Assembly: GCA_964600785.1 (NCBI GenBank)
Contig: CAZRKH010000005.1
Location: forward strand, 4,317 to 68,316
Source of the DNA: an uncultured Chitinophagaceae bacterium
Lineage (GTDB): Bacteria; Planctomycetota; Planctomycetia; Pirellulales; UBA1268
Direction of reading: 5' to 3'
DNA length: 64,000 bases
Position numbers and translations under genes: made by a program
The notes under the pieces: model-generated
Seen by the model: the letters and a program-made list of their open reading frames with translations, nothing else
Database searches by the model: none
Told to the model about the DNA's origin: nothing
Part shown: positions 41,101 to 53,352 of the stretch, one piece after another
Position numbering within the stretch: the first letter of the stretch is position 1
How the letters are laid out: every line of letters starts with the position of its first letter

Positions 41101-41400
41101 CTAGTTCATGACCTTCGCGAGAATGTCGCTCTCGCGAAGAATTTTGACCTCGTTGCCGTCGATCTCGATGTCGCTACCGGAGTATTTGCCGTAGATCACC
41201 TCATCGCCGACTTCGAGCATCATCTCGGCACGCTGCCCGTTCTCGAGCAGGCGGCCAGGGCCGAGGGCCTCGACATGGCCCCGCTGCGGCTTCTCCTTGG
41301 CGCTGTCGGGCAGGACGATGCCGCCGGCAGTCCGCTCCTCCGCCTCAACCGGAGTGACGACAACGCGATCATCGAGGGGACGAATCTTGAGGTTCTTCAT
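41101..41400 (-). CDS. groS: Co-chaperonin GroES
   Basis: 99 aa. [10 protein letters not shown]...[26 protein letters not shown]......G....L.VGD.V.Y.KY.G. Confidence 0.95.
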   Translation of the reverse strand: MKNLKIRPLDDRVVVTPVEAEERTAGGIVLPDSAKEKPQRGHVEALGPGRLLENGQRAEMMLEVGDEVIYGKYSGSDIEIDGNEVKILRESDILAKVMN

Positions 41401-41463
41401 GAATCAGGTTCTCCGTGGAAGTTGGTTCACAACGAAATCGTGTACGAGTGCGACAGCCGACGC

Positions 41464-43158
41464 TTACATCATGCCTGGCATGCCGCCCATGCCACCCATG
41501 CCTGGCATGCCGCCCATGCCGCCCATGCCACCCATGCCGTGGTGGTCATGGCCGTCACCGCCGCCCTCTTCCTCCTCCGAGGGAATCTCGGTAATGAGCG
41601 ACTCGGTCGTCAGCAGCAGTGCCGCCACGCTCGCGGCATTTGAAAGGGCGGTTCGCACGACCTTGGCCGGATCGATCACTCCCGCCGCCACAAGGTCACC
41701 GTAGTCACCCTTGTCGGCGTCGTAGCCCTCGTTCTTGCCCTTCAACTGACGAACCCGGTTGACCACAACCGGCCCGTCGACCCCGGCATTGTCGGCGATG
41801 GCCTCGAGCGGATACCGCAGGGCGTTGCGGACGATTCCCGCCCCGAGTTTCTCGTCACCCTCGAGCTGGAGTTTGTCGATCGCCTTCTCGCTGCGAAGCA
41901 GGGCCACGCCGCCCCCTGGCACGACACCCTCGGCAAGGGCCGCCTGGACGGCACTTTTGGCGTCGTCAATGAGCGCCTTCCGCTCCTTCATTTCCGTTTC
42001 GGTGGCGGCCCCGACATTGATCTGGGCCACGCCTCCGGCGAGCTTGGCAAGCCGCTCCTGGAGTTTCTCGCGATCGTAGTCGCTGTCGGTTGACTCAATC
42101 TCCTGGCGGATCTGGGCCGCGCGGCCGTCGATCGCCGCCTTGGTGCCCGCCCCGCTGACGATTGTCGTGTTTTCCGCCTCGACAATCACCTTCTTCGCCC
42201 GGCCAAGGTCGGTGAGCTTCACCGAGTCGAGCTGGATGCCGAGGTCTTTGTACACCGCCTGGCCGCCGGTGAGCACGGCCAGGTCACCCATGATCGCCTT
42301 GCGGCGGTCACCGTAGCCGGGCGCCTTGACCGCCACCGCCTGCAGGATGCCGCGGAGCTTGTTGACCACCAGGGTGGCCAGGGCCTCGCCCTCCACATCC
42401 TCCGCGATGATCACCAGCGGCTTGGCCGCCTTGCTGACCGCCTCGAGCAGCGGCACGAGATTCTTGGCGCTCGAGATCTTCTCCTCGAAGATCAGGATGT
42501 AGGGATTTTCGAGTTCGCAGACCTGGGAGTCGGCGTCGGTCACGAAGTGTGGCGACAGGAATCCACGGTCGAACTGCATGCCCTCCACGACATCGACGGT
42601 CGTTTCCGCCTGCTTCCCCTCCTCGACGGTGATCACGCCGTCCTTGCCCACCTTGAGGAAGGCCTCGGAGAGCACGTTGCCGATCGTGGGATCGTTGTTG
42701 CCGGCGATCGTGGCGATCTGCTGGAGTTCCTTTTTGTTTTTTTCGTCGATCGGCGTGGCCTGAGAGAGGATCGCGTCACTCACCGCCGCAACCGCCTTGT
42801 GGATGCCACGCGAGAGCGCCATCGGATCACCCCCGGCCGCGATCATCTTCAGGCCCTCGCGGAAGATCGCCTCGGCAAGCACGGTGGCCGTGGTGGTGCC
42901 GTCACCGGCGACATCGTTGGTCTTGCTGGCGGCCTCTTTGACCAGCTGGGCACCGAGGTTCTCGTAGGGATCCTCGAGATCGATGTCCTCCGCGACGGTC
43001 ACGCCGTCTTTGGTGACCTTCGGCGAACCCCAGCCCTTGTCGAGCACCGCGTTGCGACCACGAGGGCCCAGCGTGCTCTTCACGGCTCGGGCGAGTTTGG
43101 AAACGCCGGCAAGCAACGGCTGCCGTGCCTCATCGTCAAACACCATTTGTTTGGCCAC
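41464..43158 (-). CDS. groL: Chaperonin GroEL paralog with His-rich plus GGM-repeat tail
   Basis: [22 protein letters not shown] and [36 protein letters not shown]. The tail is [36 protein letters not shown] start preceded by GAAGGAG. Confidence 0.95.
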   Translation of the reverse strand: MAKQMVFDDEARQPLLAGVSKLARAVKSTLGPRGRNAVLDKGWGSPKVTKDGVTVAEDIDLEDPYENLGAQLVKEAASKTNDVAGDGTTTATVLAEAIFREGLKMIAAGGDPMALSRGIHKAVAAVSDAILSQATPIDEKNKKELQQIATIAGNNDPTIGNVLSEAFLKVGKDGVITVEEGKQAETTVDVVEGMQFDRGFLSPHFVTDADSQVCELENPYILIFEEKISSAKNLVPLLEAVSKAAKPLVIIAEDVEGEALATLVVNKLRGILQAVAVKAPGYGDRRKAIMGDLAVLTGGQAVYKDLGIQLDSVKLTDLGRAKKVIVEAENTTIVSGAGTKAAIDGRAAQIRQEIESTDSDYDREKLQERLAKLAGGVAQINVGAATETEMKERKALIDDAKSAVQAALAEGVVPGGGVALLRSEKAIDKLQLEGDEKLGAGIVRNALRYPLEAIADNAGVDGPVVVNRVRQLKGKNEGYDADKGDYGDLVAAGVIDPAKVVRTALSNAASVAALLLTTESLITEIPSEEEEGGGDGHDHHGMGGMGGMGGMPGMGGMGGMPGMM

Positions 43159-43450
43159 GAAAAGCTCCTTCGCGGGTCAGTGATCCGCACCCGGTGGTCG
43201 CGGGATCGACGTCTTTCTCTTTGTGACGGCAGGATCGCAAGACCCTGCCCGGCCCGGGCCGCACCGTTTGGCAGCCAGCTCGGGTATATCCCAGCGAGAG
43301 CAACCCGCGTGCCGAGCCGAAATTGCAGCTTGGCAGGGCCGCAATAGAGCGCTATTTCTCCGTTCAACCGGGAAAACCGCTCCGCCACCATCGCCGCAGA
43401 CGTGCCGTTTTGGCAGCCCCGCTGCCGTCGCCCGCCGGGCTGGCGGATGC

Positions 43451-44509
43451 TCAGGGAATCCAGTCAGCGGCCTCGTCGATGCCGCGGACGAAAGCCGCCA
43501 GCAGATCGGCGGTGCGGTCGAGGTCGTCGAGTGAAATCGTTTCCACCGCAGAATGCATGTAGCGGTTGGGTACGCCCACCAGCCCGGTGGCCACGCCGCT
43601 ACGGGTCGTCTGCAGGACGTTGGCGTCAGTCGGCGTGGCCCGCCCAATCGCCAGCAACTGGAAGGGAATCGCGGAGGCTTCCGCCGCCGCGACGAGCCGC
43701 TCGACGACGCGGGGGCTCATGTTTGGTCCGCGGGAGATGACCGGCCCCCGACCGAGGGCCACGTCGCCTTCGGACTTTTTGTCGATCGTCGGGCAGTCGG
43801 TGGCATGGGTCACGTCGACCGCGATCGCCACGTGGGGATCGACGGCATGCGCACTGGTGCGTGCGCCCCGCAGGCCGATCTCCTCCTGCACCGTCGAGGC
43901 CACGAAGAGCCCGCACTCCAGCGGGCCGGCCGCCGCCCGCCGGAACCCCTCGAGCACAGCCCACAGGCCGACCTTGTCATCCATCGCCACCGCCGCGGCC
44001 AGGTCGTGCCGCAGCTGCTGGAATCGAAGCGAAAACGTCGCCGAGTCACCGATCCGCACCACGCTCTCGGCATCGGCCCGGTCGGTGGCACCGATATCGA
44101 TCCAGAGATCCTTGAGTTTCGGAACCGTCTTTCGCTCCTCGTCGGTGAGCAGGTGGATCGGCTTGCGCGAAATGACCCCCGGCACGGGGCCCGACGCGGT
44201 CCAGATCACGACATGAGATCCGACGAGTTGGATCGGATCCCAGCCCCCGATCGCAGCCACCGAGATGAAGCCCTGTTCGTCGATGTACTGCACGATCAGC
44301 CCGATCTGGTCGCAGTGGCCCGCCAGCAACACGCGGACGCCCGCGGAGCGGTTCTTGCTGCCGATCACGTTGCCGTGGGAATCGCTCGAAACGTCGTCAG
44401 CAACCCCGCTGAGGTAGCCGCGAACGAGATCCTGAACCGGCCGCTCGTAGCCCGAGGGGCTCGGCGTTTCCAGAAGCTGAACGAGAAAATCGCGGGCCGT
44501 GGAATCCAT
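43451..44509 (-). CDS. M42-family metallopeptidase (FrvX/CelM-type aminopeptidase)
   Basis: Start at MDSTARDFLVQLLETPSPSGYE. DSHGNVIG, LLAGHCDQIG, DDKVG, VQEEIGLRGA and the layout are typical of M42 peptidases. Confidence 0.85.
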   Translation of the reverse strand: MDSTARDFLVQLLETPSPSGYERPVQDLVRGYLSGVADDVSSDSHGNVIGSKNRSAGVRVLLAGHCDQIGLIVQYIDEQGFISVAAIGGWDPIQLVGSHVVIWTASGPVPGVISRKPIHLLTDEERKTVPKLKDLWIDIGATDRADAESVVRIGDSATFSLRFQQLRHDLAAAVAMDDKVGLWAVLEGFRRAAAGPLECGLFVASTVQEEIGLRGARTSAHAVDPHVAIAVDVTHATDCPTIDKKSEGDVALGRGPVISRGPNMSPRVVERLVAAAEASAIPFQLLAIGRATPTDANVLQTTRSGVATGLVGVPNRYMHSAVETISLDDLDRTADLLAAFVRGIDEAADWIP

Positions 44510-44710
44510 GCGTCGTCGCTCTCCTCGCTGGGTCTGTCGGCTGCCGGCTGCCGGCGTTTTTCGGTGGGAACCGACGGAGTACAGCGGAGCGTAGCCCTGC
44601 CACCCGGGCCAACGCAACCGCCCGCCGTCGCGCCGCGGGCAGGCTATGATCGACCGGCGGCGGTGATTACGATCACAGGTTTCTCACCCGCCACCCCTTC
44701 GCATCCCACC

Positions 44711-46036
44711 ATGACCCAGCCCGCGCGGATTGGCATCCTCGGCCTCGGCACCGTCGGCTCCGGGGTGGTACGGCTGCTCTCGGAATCGGCGGACCACATC
44801 GAGCGTCATGTCGGCCGGCGGATCGTGGTCGAACGGGCCGTGGTCCGCCATGCCTCGAAGGAGCGGGGCCTCGATCTGCCCGCGGGGATCGTCACCGACG
44901 ACCTGGCGGCGATCAGCAGCGACCCGGGAATCTCGGTGGGGGTGCTGCTGGTGGGCGGCCTGGAGCCGGCCCGCAGCATGGCGGTGGCCCTTTTGGAGAG
45001 CGGCAAAGACCTGGTCACCGCCAACAAGGCCCTGCTCGCCGAGCACGGCCCCGAACTCTTCGCCCTGGCCCGCGAGCGTGGCCGATCGATCGCCTTCGAG
45101 GCGGCCGTGGCCGGCGGCATCCCGATCGTGGCGGCGATCAGCGAGTGCCTCGCGGCCAACCGCATCGACTCGATCCGTGGCATTCTCAACGGCACCAGCA
45201 ACTTCATTCTCTCCCGCATGGAAGAGGAGGGGATCGGCTATGCCGAGGCCCTCGCCCAGGCCCAGGCCAACGGCTTTGCCGAGGCCGATCCATCGATGGA
45301 CGTCGACGGTACCGACGCCACACAGAAACTGGCGATCCTCGCCCACCTCGCCTTCGGCATGTGGGTGCCCTGGAGGGAGATTCCGCGAACCGGCATCGAG
45401 CAATTCGACCCCGCCGTGCTCGAGGATGCCGCCGAACTCGGCTACCGCGTGCGACTGGTGGCCCTTGCCAGCCGCGGCGACGGCCGGGTCTCGATGCGGG
45501 TCGCTCCGGCCCTTGTGAGAATCGGCACCCCGCTCGCCGAGACCCGCGGTGCCTTCAATGCCGTAAGCATCGTGGGCGATGCGGTGGGGCCGATGTTCTT
45601 CCACGGCCTCGGTGCCGGGCAGATGCCGACCGCCTCGGCGGTCGTCGCCGACATCATCGACACCGTCGTGGGGCGGGCCGCGATCACCTTCCGCACCACC
45701 GGAATGCTCTCGCCGGAGAGCCCCGTCCTCGGCGGCGGCGTCGAGGACGCTCACTTTCTCAGAATCCATGCCGGCGACCGGCCCGGAGTGCTCGCCGGGC
45801 TGACCGGCATCCTCGGCGAGCACGGCATCTCGATCGCGTCGATGATCCAGCGGCCCGAAAAACCGGTCGGCCGGGAGTCGGCCACCTCCGGCATTCCGCT
45901 GGCGATCCTCACCCATCCCGCCCCGCCGGAGACGATGGCGAGGGCGGTGGCGGCCATCGACCAATCCGACGACGTGTTTGGCCGGACCGTCTGCCTCGGC
46001 GTGCTTGACCAGTCGATCCATGCCGGCCACATCTGA
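44711..46036 (+). CDS. hom: Homoserine dehydrogenase with C-terminal ACT domain
   Basis: RIGILGLGTVGSGVVRLL, VTANKALLA, GGIPI, ILNGTSNFILSRM, AQANGFAEADPSMDVDG.DA..KL.ILA, and a C-terminal ACT-like segment. Confidence 0.95.
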   Translation: MTQPARIGILGLGTVGSGVVRLLSESADHIERHVGRRIVVERAVVRHASKERGLDLPAGIVTDDLAAISSDPGISVGVLLVGGLEPARSMAVALLESGKDLVTANKALLAEHGPELFALARERGRSIAFEAAVAGGIPIVAAISECLAANRIDSIRGILNGTSNFILSRMEEEGIGYAEALAQAQANGFAEADPSMDVDGTDATQKLAILAHLAFGMWVPWREIPRTGIEQFDPAVLEDAAELGYRVRLVALASRGDGRVSMRVAPALVRIGTPLAETRGAFNAVSIVGDAVGPMFFHGLGAGQMPTASAVVADIIDTVVGRAAITFRTTGMLSPESPVLGGGVEDAHFLRIHAGDRPGVLAGLTGILGEHGISIASMIQRPEKPVGRESATSGIPLAILTHPAPPETMARAVAAIDQSDDVFGRTVCLGVLDQSIHAGHI

Positions 46037-46058
46037 CACCGCCGCGTGACCCGTCCCC

Positions 46059-47333
46059 ATGAAATACCTCATCGTGATTCCCGACGGGGCCGCCGACGAG
46101 CCGAGGGATGACCTCGATGGCCGCACGCCGCTGGAGGCGGCGAGCACCCCCGCGATTGATGGCCTCGCCGCCCGCGGTCGATCGGGGCTTGTCAGCCACG
46201 TGCCCGAGGGCTTTCCACCCGGCAGCGAGGTGGCCTGCATGAGCCTGCTCGGCTACGACCCGCTCGCCTGCTTCACCGGCCGGGCTCCCCTCGAGGCAGC
46301 CGCCTCGGGAATCACGCTCGGCCCGCACGACTGGGCGGTTCGCTGCAATCTCGTCACGATTCGCGATGATGGCCCGACGCCGATCATGGAGGACTTCACC
46401 GCCGGTCACGTCAGTTCCGAGGAGGCGAGCGAATTGCTCGCCGCGGCGGGCGAGGGGCTGGCCCGGGAATTTCCTCTCGTGGCGGAGCACTGGCGATTCC
46501 ATCCCGGCGTGAGCTACCGCAACCTGCTGCTGTTTCAGCGGGAGACGCGGGGACAATTGCAGGGGCAGCCGCAGGATACCGCGGCCGAGCCGCTCGCCGA
46601 CGACCTGCGGACGGTCCCGCCGCACGACCTGACCGACAAGCCGGTGGCCGACGCCTTCCCGCGAGGCACCGGCAGCCGCCTGCTCGGCGAGATCATGGCC
46701 GCCAGCGGCCGCTGGTTTGCCGGACACCCGGTCAACCTCCGGCGGGTCGAGGCGGGGCACAGGCCGGCCACGCATCTCTGGCTGTGGGGAGCCGGGCGGG
46801 CCCCGGCGATGCGGCCTTTCAGCGAGATCTACGGCGTCTCGGCCACGATGATCACCGCGGTCGACCTGTTGCGGGGCCTGGCAGCCCTGGCCGGCTGGCG
46901 GAGGCGGGAGGTCGAGGGAGCGACCGGCTACCTCGATACCGACTATGCCGCCAAGGGCCGGGCCGCCGCGGAAGAACTCGAGCGGGCCGATCTCGTCTGC
47001 GTGCATGTCGAGGCACCCGACGAGGCGAGCCACCAGGGGGACACCACCGAAAAGATCACGGCCATCGAGCGGATCGACGAATTGATCGTGGGACCGCTCG
47101 TCGAGCGGCTCGCTGGCAGCGAGCACCGGATTCTCGTCTGTCCCGACCACCCCACGCTGCTGGCCACGAAGACCCACTCGCGGGGCCTCGTGCCCTATGT
47201 GATCGCCGGCACGGGGATCGAGCCCGACGGCGGCACCAGCTACGGCGAGCGGACCGCGGCAGGCGGCGAGCTGGTCGAACCCGGCTGGAGGCTGATGGGC
47301 CGGTTCCTCGGCACCACGCCAGGGGGGAGCTAG
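46059..47333 (+). CDS. Cofactor-independent phosphoglycerate mutase-like protein (archaeal ApgM type; family proposed as alternative homoserine kinase)
   Basis: MKYLIVIPDGAADEP...TPLEAASTPAIDGLA...VCVHVEAPDEASHQGD...PDHPT is the alkaline-phosphatase-superfamily ApgM pattern. It sits between hom and aspartokinase with 22-nt and 4-nt spacers. Confidence 0.85.
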   Translation: MKYLIVIPDGAADEPRDDLDGRTPLEAASTPAIDGLAARGRSGLVSHVPEGFPPGSEVACMSLLGYDPLACFTGRAPLEAAASGITLGPHDWAVRCNLVTIRDDGPTPIMEDFTAGHVSSEEASELLAAAGEGLAREFPLVAEHWRFHPGVSYRNLLLFQRETRGQLQGQPQDTAAEPLADDLRTVPPHDLTDKPVADAFPRGTGSRLLGEIMAASGRWFAGHPVNLRRVEAGHRPATHLWLWGAGRAPAMRPFSEIYGVSATMITAVDLLRGLAALAGWRRREVEGATGYLDTDYAAKGRAAAEELERADLVCVHVEAPDEASHQGDTTEKITAIERIDELIVGPLVERLAGSEHRILVCPDHPTLLATKTHSRGLVPYVIAGTGIEPDGGTSYGERTAAGGELVEPGWRLMGRFLGTTPGGS

Positions 47334-47337
47334 GCGG

Positions 47338-49495
<2,158 letters not shown>

Positions 49496-49536
49496 CCGGG
49501 GCTGAAAAGCTCTACCCGGGCTGTTTCCACGGGCAG

Positions 49537-49938
49537 CTAGCCGAGGACGTCGGCGAGCACGTCTTCGGCGACGTAGATCGGCAGGTTGGGCTCGCAGGTG
49601 ACCGCCACCGCGATCGCGTCGGAAGGACGGGCATCGATCTCGATGAGCTCGCCATCCTTTTCCACGCGGATCACCGCAAAATAGGTGTGCTCTTTGAGTT
49701 CGGAGACGATCACGTCCTGGAACTCCCCACCGAGCAGCTCCACCGCCGCCACGAGCAGGTCGTGGGTCAGCGGCCGGGGGGCCTGATGATGCTTCACGCG
49801 TCGGTCGATGCTGGTCGCCTCGAACAGGCCGATCAAAATCGGAAACGTCCGGTCGCCCTCCACCTCCTTGAGGTAGACGACCTGCTGGTCGTTGATCTCG
49901 CTGATGATGATCCGTGACAACTCCATCTGCACCGTCAT
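49537..49938 (-). CDS. Bifunctional nuclease (BFN/DUF151-like) module, possibly an independent cistron
   Basis: MTVQMELSRIIISEINDQQVVYLKEVEGDRTFPILIGLFEATSI...RPLTHDLL...ELKEHTYFAVI...IDARPSDAIAVAV matches the DUF151 bifunctional nuclease pattern. GGAGAA lies 6 nt upstream of the ATG at 49938. Confidence 0.7.
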   Translation of the reverse strand: MTVQMELSRIIISEINDQQVVYLKEVEGDRTFPILIGLFEATSIDRRVKHHQAPRPLTHDLLVAAVELLGGEFQDVIVSELKEHTYFAVIRVEKDGELIEIDARPSDAIAVAVTCEPNLPIYVAEDVLADVLG

Positions 49939-52900
49939 GGGTCGTTCTCCGACACAAGGCTTCCTGGAAACCCTGCAGGACCATCCATCCGCTCGGGCCT
50001 GCGACGACCCGAGTCTACCCGAAAGCCCCCGCCGTCGCCCGCCGGGGCCGGCGGGGCAGCTCGATTCGCGGCGGCTGCGGAGATCCTCGAGCGTCGCCGC
50101 GGCGGCCGTGAGGCGTTCTTCCAGTTCGGCAAGCTGGGCCCGCTCCCGCTCGACGACCTCCGCGGGGGCCCTGGTCACGAAGCCCTGGTTGTCGAGCTTC
50201 TTGCGTTTCGCCTCGACGAGCCCGGCGAGCTTGTCGCGGTCCCTGCCGACGCGGCGGATCTCCGCCTCCACGTCGACAAGCCCCGCAAGATCGACCGCCA
50301 GCTCGCACCCCCCGGCCGACACCACCGCCGCATCCGCCGGCGTCTTCGCCGCAGGACCGATGTCGAGCACCTCGGCGGTGGCCATCGCCGCGAGGGCGTC
50401 GAGCATCGGCTCGAGCAGGGCCTTCCGCGAGGCGTCGGCACGGATCACGACCGAGAGCACCGTCCGCGGAGGCACGTTCTGGCGGGCACGAACCTCGCGG
50501 ATCGCCCCCACCACCGCCAGAAAAGCCGCCAGCCGATCCTCGCTCTCGCGGTCGATCCAGGAATCGGGTGGCGCCGGCCAGCGGGCGATCATCACCGATT
50601 CCGCCGGCGGCCCCTCGTCCCACGGCAGCCGCCGGTCGCCGGCCGCCTCGCGGAGGTGCTGCCACAGTTCCTCGGTGACAAACGGCATGATCGGGTGCAG
50701 CAGTCGCAGGATCGTGTCGAGGCCGGTGACGAGCATCGCCTGGGCCCGCGGACGGGCGACCGGGTCGGCCAGCCGCGGCTTGGAGAGCTCGAGATAGCCG
50801 CTGCAGTATTCATCCCAGGCGAAAGCGTAGAGAATCCTCGCGGCCTCGGCGAAGCGGAAGGCATCGATCGCGGCGGTCACCTCGGCGGTCACGCTCGCCA
50901 GCCGGCTGCACAGCCAGGCCTCCTCCAGCGGCGCCGCCGGCTCGGCCCCGGCCCCGCCGATGGTCGTGGCGTCGCCGTTGAAGTCGTCGAGGTTCAGCAG
51001 CACGAAGCGGGTGGCGTTGAAGAGCTTGTTGGCAAAATTGCGACCTGCGTCAAACCGCTCGCTGACCGCCGGACCGCGGGGCAGGGCGAGATCTTCGGCG
51101 GTGCTCGCCCACTGGGTGCGGAAGGGCTTGCCGCACTTCGGGCAGTCGATCCGCGGCTTCGTGCGGTTGGCCGTGGTCTGCTCGATGCGGTGGCCGCAGG
51201 AGGGGCAGGCAAACTCCACCGGCATCCGCACGTCCTGCGTTTCGGTGGCCATGCTCGCCATCCCGAAGCGGAGGGCATCGGCGCCGAGCGACTCGATCAC
51301 GTCGAGCGGATCGACGCCGTTGCCCTTGCTCTTGCTCATCGTTTCGCCGTAACGGTCGAGAATCTTGGGGTGGATCACGACGTCGGCAAACGGCGGTCGC
51401 CCGGTGTCGAACAGCCCCATGATCACCATCCTCGCGACCCACAGCGTGATGATGTCGCGGCTGGTGACCAGGGTGGTGGTGGGATAGAAGCAGTCCATCT
51501 CGGGCGTGGCCTGCGGCCAGCCGAGCGTGGAGTGAGGCCACAGCGCCGAGGAGAACCAGGTGTCGAGCACGTCGGGATCCCGCTCGAGGGGCTGGCCGGC
51601 GACATGCTCGACCTCGAGCGACTCCCCGCGGCAGCAGACAAACCAGTCCCGCGGTCCCTCGCCCGCCGGCTCGCCGTCGGCCGGTGCCCAGGCCACGTCG
51701 CCGCGGCCGGTGAAGGCGGCGGCCAGGTCGGCCTCGCCGACGCCCGCCACATGCCAGATCGGGATCCGATGGCCCCACCAGAGCTGGCGGCCAACCGGCC
51801 AGTCCCGCTTCTCGCCGAGCCAGTCGAGGTAGCTCTTGGCATATCTCGGAGGCGAGAACCGCACCGCCCCATCCTCGACCGCGCGGAGGGCCGGCTCGGC
51901 CAGCTCCGCCATGCGGATGAACCACTGGTCGGCCAGGTAGGGCTCGATCGGAGTCTTGGAGCGGTCGGAATGGGCGAGATCGATCAGCCGGTCTTCGACC
52001 GCCTCCAGCAGGCCGGCGGCCTCGAGGTCGGCGACGACCTTCTTGCGGGCCCGGGAAATCGTGAGTCCCGCATAGGGACCCGTGGACTCGTTGAGCGTCC
52101 CGTCGGGCTCGAGGATGTTGATCATCGGCAGACCCTGCCGCAGGCCCACTTCGTAGTCGTTGGGATCGTGGGCGGGCGTGATCTTGACCGCGCCGCTGCC
52201 CATCTCGGGCTTGGCCCACTCGTCGGCCACCAGCGGGATCGCTCGGCCGGCAAGCGGCAGGCGACCCCGCCTGCCCGAGCGGGCCATCGCCGCCAGCCGT
52301 TCAAGCTCTTCGAGCATCTCCCTCCGCCGCTGCTCGAGGGCCGCCAGTTCCGCGGCGAGGGCAGCCGGGTCGGCCGCGAGCTTTTCGCGGGCCGCCGCCT
52401 CCACCGCCGCGAGGGCCGCAGCCGGGTCGGGGTGGACCGCCACCGCGGTGTCGCCCAGGAGCGTCTCCGGACGGGTCGTGGCGACCGTCACGCTCGTCGG
52501 TTCGCCGGGCGCCGGATCGATGACGTCGTAGCGGATGTGCCAGAAGTGCCCCTTGACCTCCTCGTGGAAGACCTCGTCGTCGCTGACGGCCGTCTGCAGG
52601 AAGGTGTCCCAGTTGACCAGCCGCTTGCCGCGGCGGACGAGGCCACGCTCGAAGAGCCGGAAGAAGGCCTCGCGGACCGCCGCGGCACACTGCTCGTCGA
52701 GCGTGAAGCGGGTGCGGCTCCAGTCGCAGCTCGCCCCGAGTTCACGCAGCTGGCCGAGGATGCGGGTTTCGTATTGCTCTTTCCACTGCCAGATCCGCTC
52801 CACGAGCTTCTCCCGACCGAGATCGTGGCGGGAGAGCTTCTCCTCCTCGAGCAGCCGCCGCTCCACGACGGCCTGGGTGGCGATTCCCGCATGGTCGGTG

Positions 52901-53142
52901 CCCGGCATCCAGAGCGTGAGGTAGCCCTGCATCCGTCGGCACCGTACGAGGATGTCCTGGAGGGTGTTGTTGAGAGCGTGGCCGAGGTGCAACGCCCCGG
53001 TCACGTTCGGCGGCGGGATCACGATCGAGAAGATCTTCCGTCCCCCCTCCGGCTCGGCATGCCAGTAGCGACCGGAGTCCCAAAGGGTGTGGCAGCGGGC
53101 CTGGGCGGCGGTATGGTCGAAGTGCTTGGGGAGCTCGTGCAT
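49537..53142 (-). CDS. valS: Valine--tRNA ligase; the reading frame continues without a stop into a C-terminal bifunctional-nuclease-like module
   Basis: Start at MHELPKHFD. HIGH region PPPNVTGALHLGHA, the KMSKS motif in ETMSKSKGN, a Zn-ribbon insertion (CPSCGH...CPKCG) and a C-terminal coiled coil (...ELEERLTAAAATLEDLRS). No stop codon occurs in frame until 49537. Confidence 0.9.
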   Translation of the reverse strand: MHELPKHFDHTAAQARCHTLWDSGRYWHAEPEGGRKIFSIVIPPPNVTGALHLGHALNNTLQDILVRCRRMQGYLTLWMPGTDHAGIATQAVVERRLLEEEKLSRHDLGREKLVERIWQWKEQYETRILGQLRELGASCDWSRTRFTLDEQCAAAVREAFFRLFERGLVRRGKRLVNWDTFLQTAVSDDEVFHEEVKGHFWHIRYDVIDPAPGEPTSVTVATTRPETLLGDTAVAVHPDPAAALAAVEAAAREKLAADPAALAAELAALEQRRREMLEELERLAAMARSGRRGRLPLAGRAIPLVADEWAKPEMGSGAVKITPAHDPNDYEVGLRQGLPMINILEPDGTLNESTGPYAGLTISRARKKVVADLEAAGLLEAVEDRLIDLAHSDRSKTPIEPYLADQWFIRMAELAEPALRAVEDGAVRFSPPRYAKSYLDWLGEKRDWPVGRQLWWGHRIPIWHVAGVGEADLAAAFTGRGDVAWAPADGEPAGEGPRDWFVCCRGESLEVEHVAGQPLERDPDVLDTWFSSALWPHSTLGWPQATPEMDCFYPTTTLVTSRDIITLWVARMVIMGLFDTGRPPFADVVIHPKILDRYGETMSKSKGNGVDPLDVIESLGADALRFGMASMATETQDVRMPVEFACPSCGHRIEQTTANRTKPRIDCPKCGKPFRTQWASTAEDLALPRGPAVSERFDAGRNFANKLFNATRFVLLNLDDFNGDATTIGGAGAEPAAPLEEAWLCSRLASVTAEVTAAIDAFRFAEAARILYAFAWDEYCSGYLELSKPRLADPVARPRAQAMLVTGLDTILRLLHPIMPFVTEELWQHLREAAGDRRLPWDEGPPAESVMIARWPAPPDSWIDRESEDRLAAFLAVVGAIREVRARQNVPPRTVLSVVIRADASRKALLEPMLDALAAMATAEVLDIGPAAKTPADAAVVSAGGCELAVDLAGLVDVEAEIRRVGRDRDKLAGLVEAKRKKLDNQGFVTRAPAEVVERERAQLAELEERLTAAAATLEDLRSRRESSCPAGPGGRRRGLSGRLGSSQARADGWSCRVSRKPCVGERPMTVQMELSRIIISEINDQQVVYLKEVEGDRTFPILIGLFEATSIDRRVKHHQAPRPLTHDLLVAAVELLGGEFQDVIVSELKEHTYFAVIRVEKDGELIEIDARPSDAIAVAVTCEPNLPIYVAEDVLADVLG

Positions 53143-53352
53143 GGGATGGCTGGCGGGGCTCTGTGAGGCTCGAAAACAAGACGCACAGCATAGTCGTCCA
53201 ACCACGGCCGACCGACCCCGGTGTCCGGTCTGCCGCGGGCAGATGCAGCCAGCGGCGATCGCGGTTATGATCAGCCACGGTGCGGAAGGCGGCATGATCC
53301 CGCGAGGCCCCACTCGGCCCGGCCGTGTCCGCCCGCTCCCACAGGTTCCAGC

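Noticed and set aside
41464-41545. Short-period DNA repeat (catgcc[g/t/a]cc / catgcctgg units) that could look like a tandem repeat or mini-array
   Set aside because: It is simply the coding sequence of the GroEL C-terminal GGM/PGM repeat tail. It is not an independent repeat element or a CRISPR array.
43268-43303. Possible CIRCE/HrcA operator upstream of groEL (TTGGCAGCCAGCTCGGGTATATCCCAGCGAGAGCAA)
   Set aside because: It shows only partial similarity to TTAGCACTC-N9-GAGTGCTAA. The arms are imperfectly complementary and the spacing is about 19 nt rather than 9 nt. No GCACTC/GAGTGC pair was found anywhere in 41012..43450.
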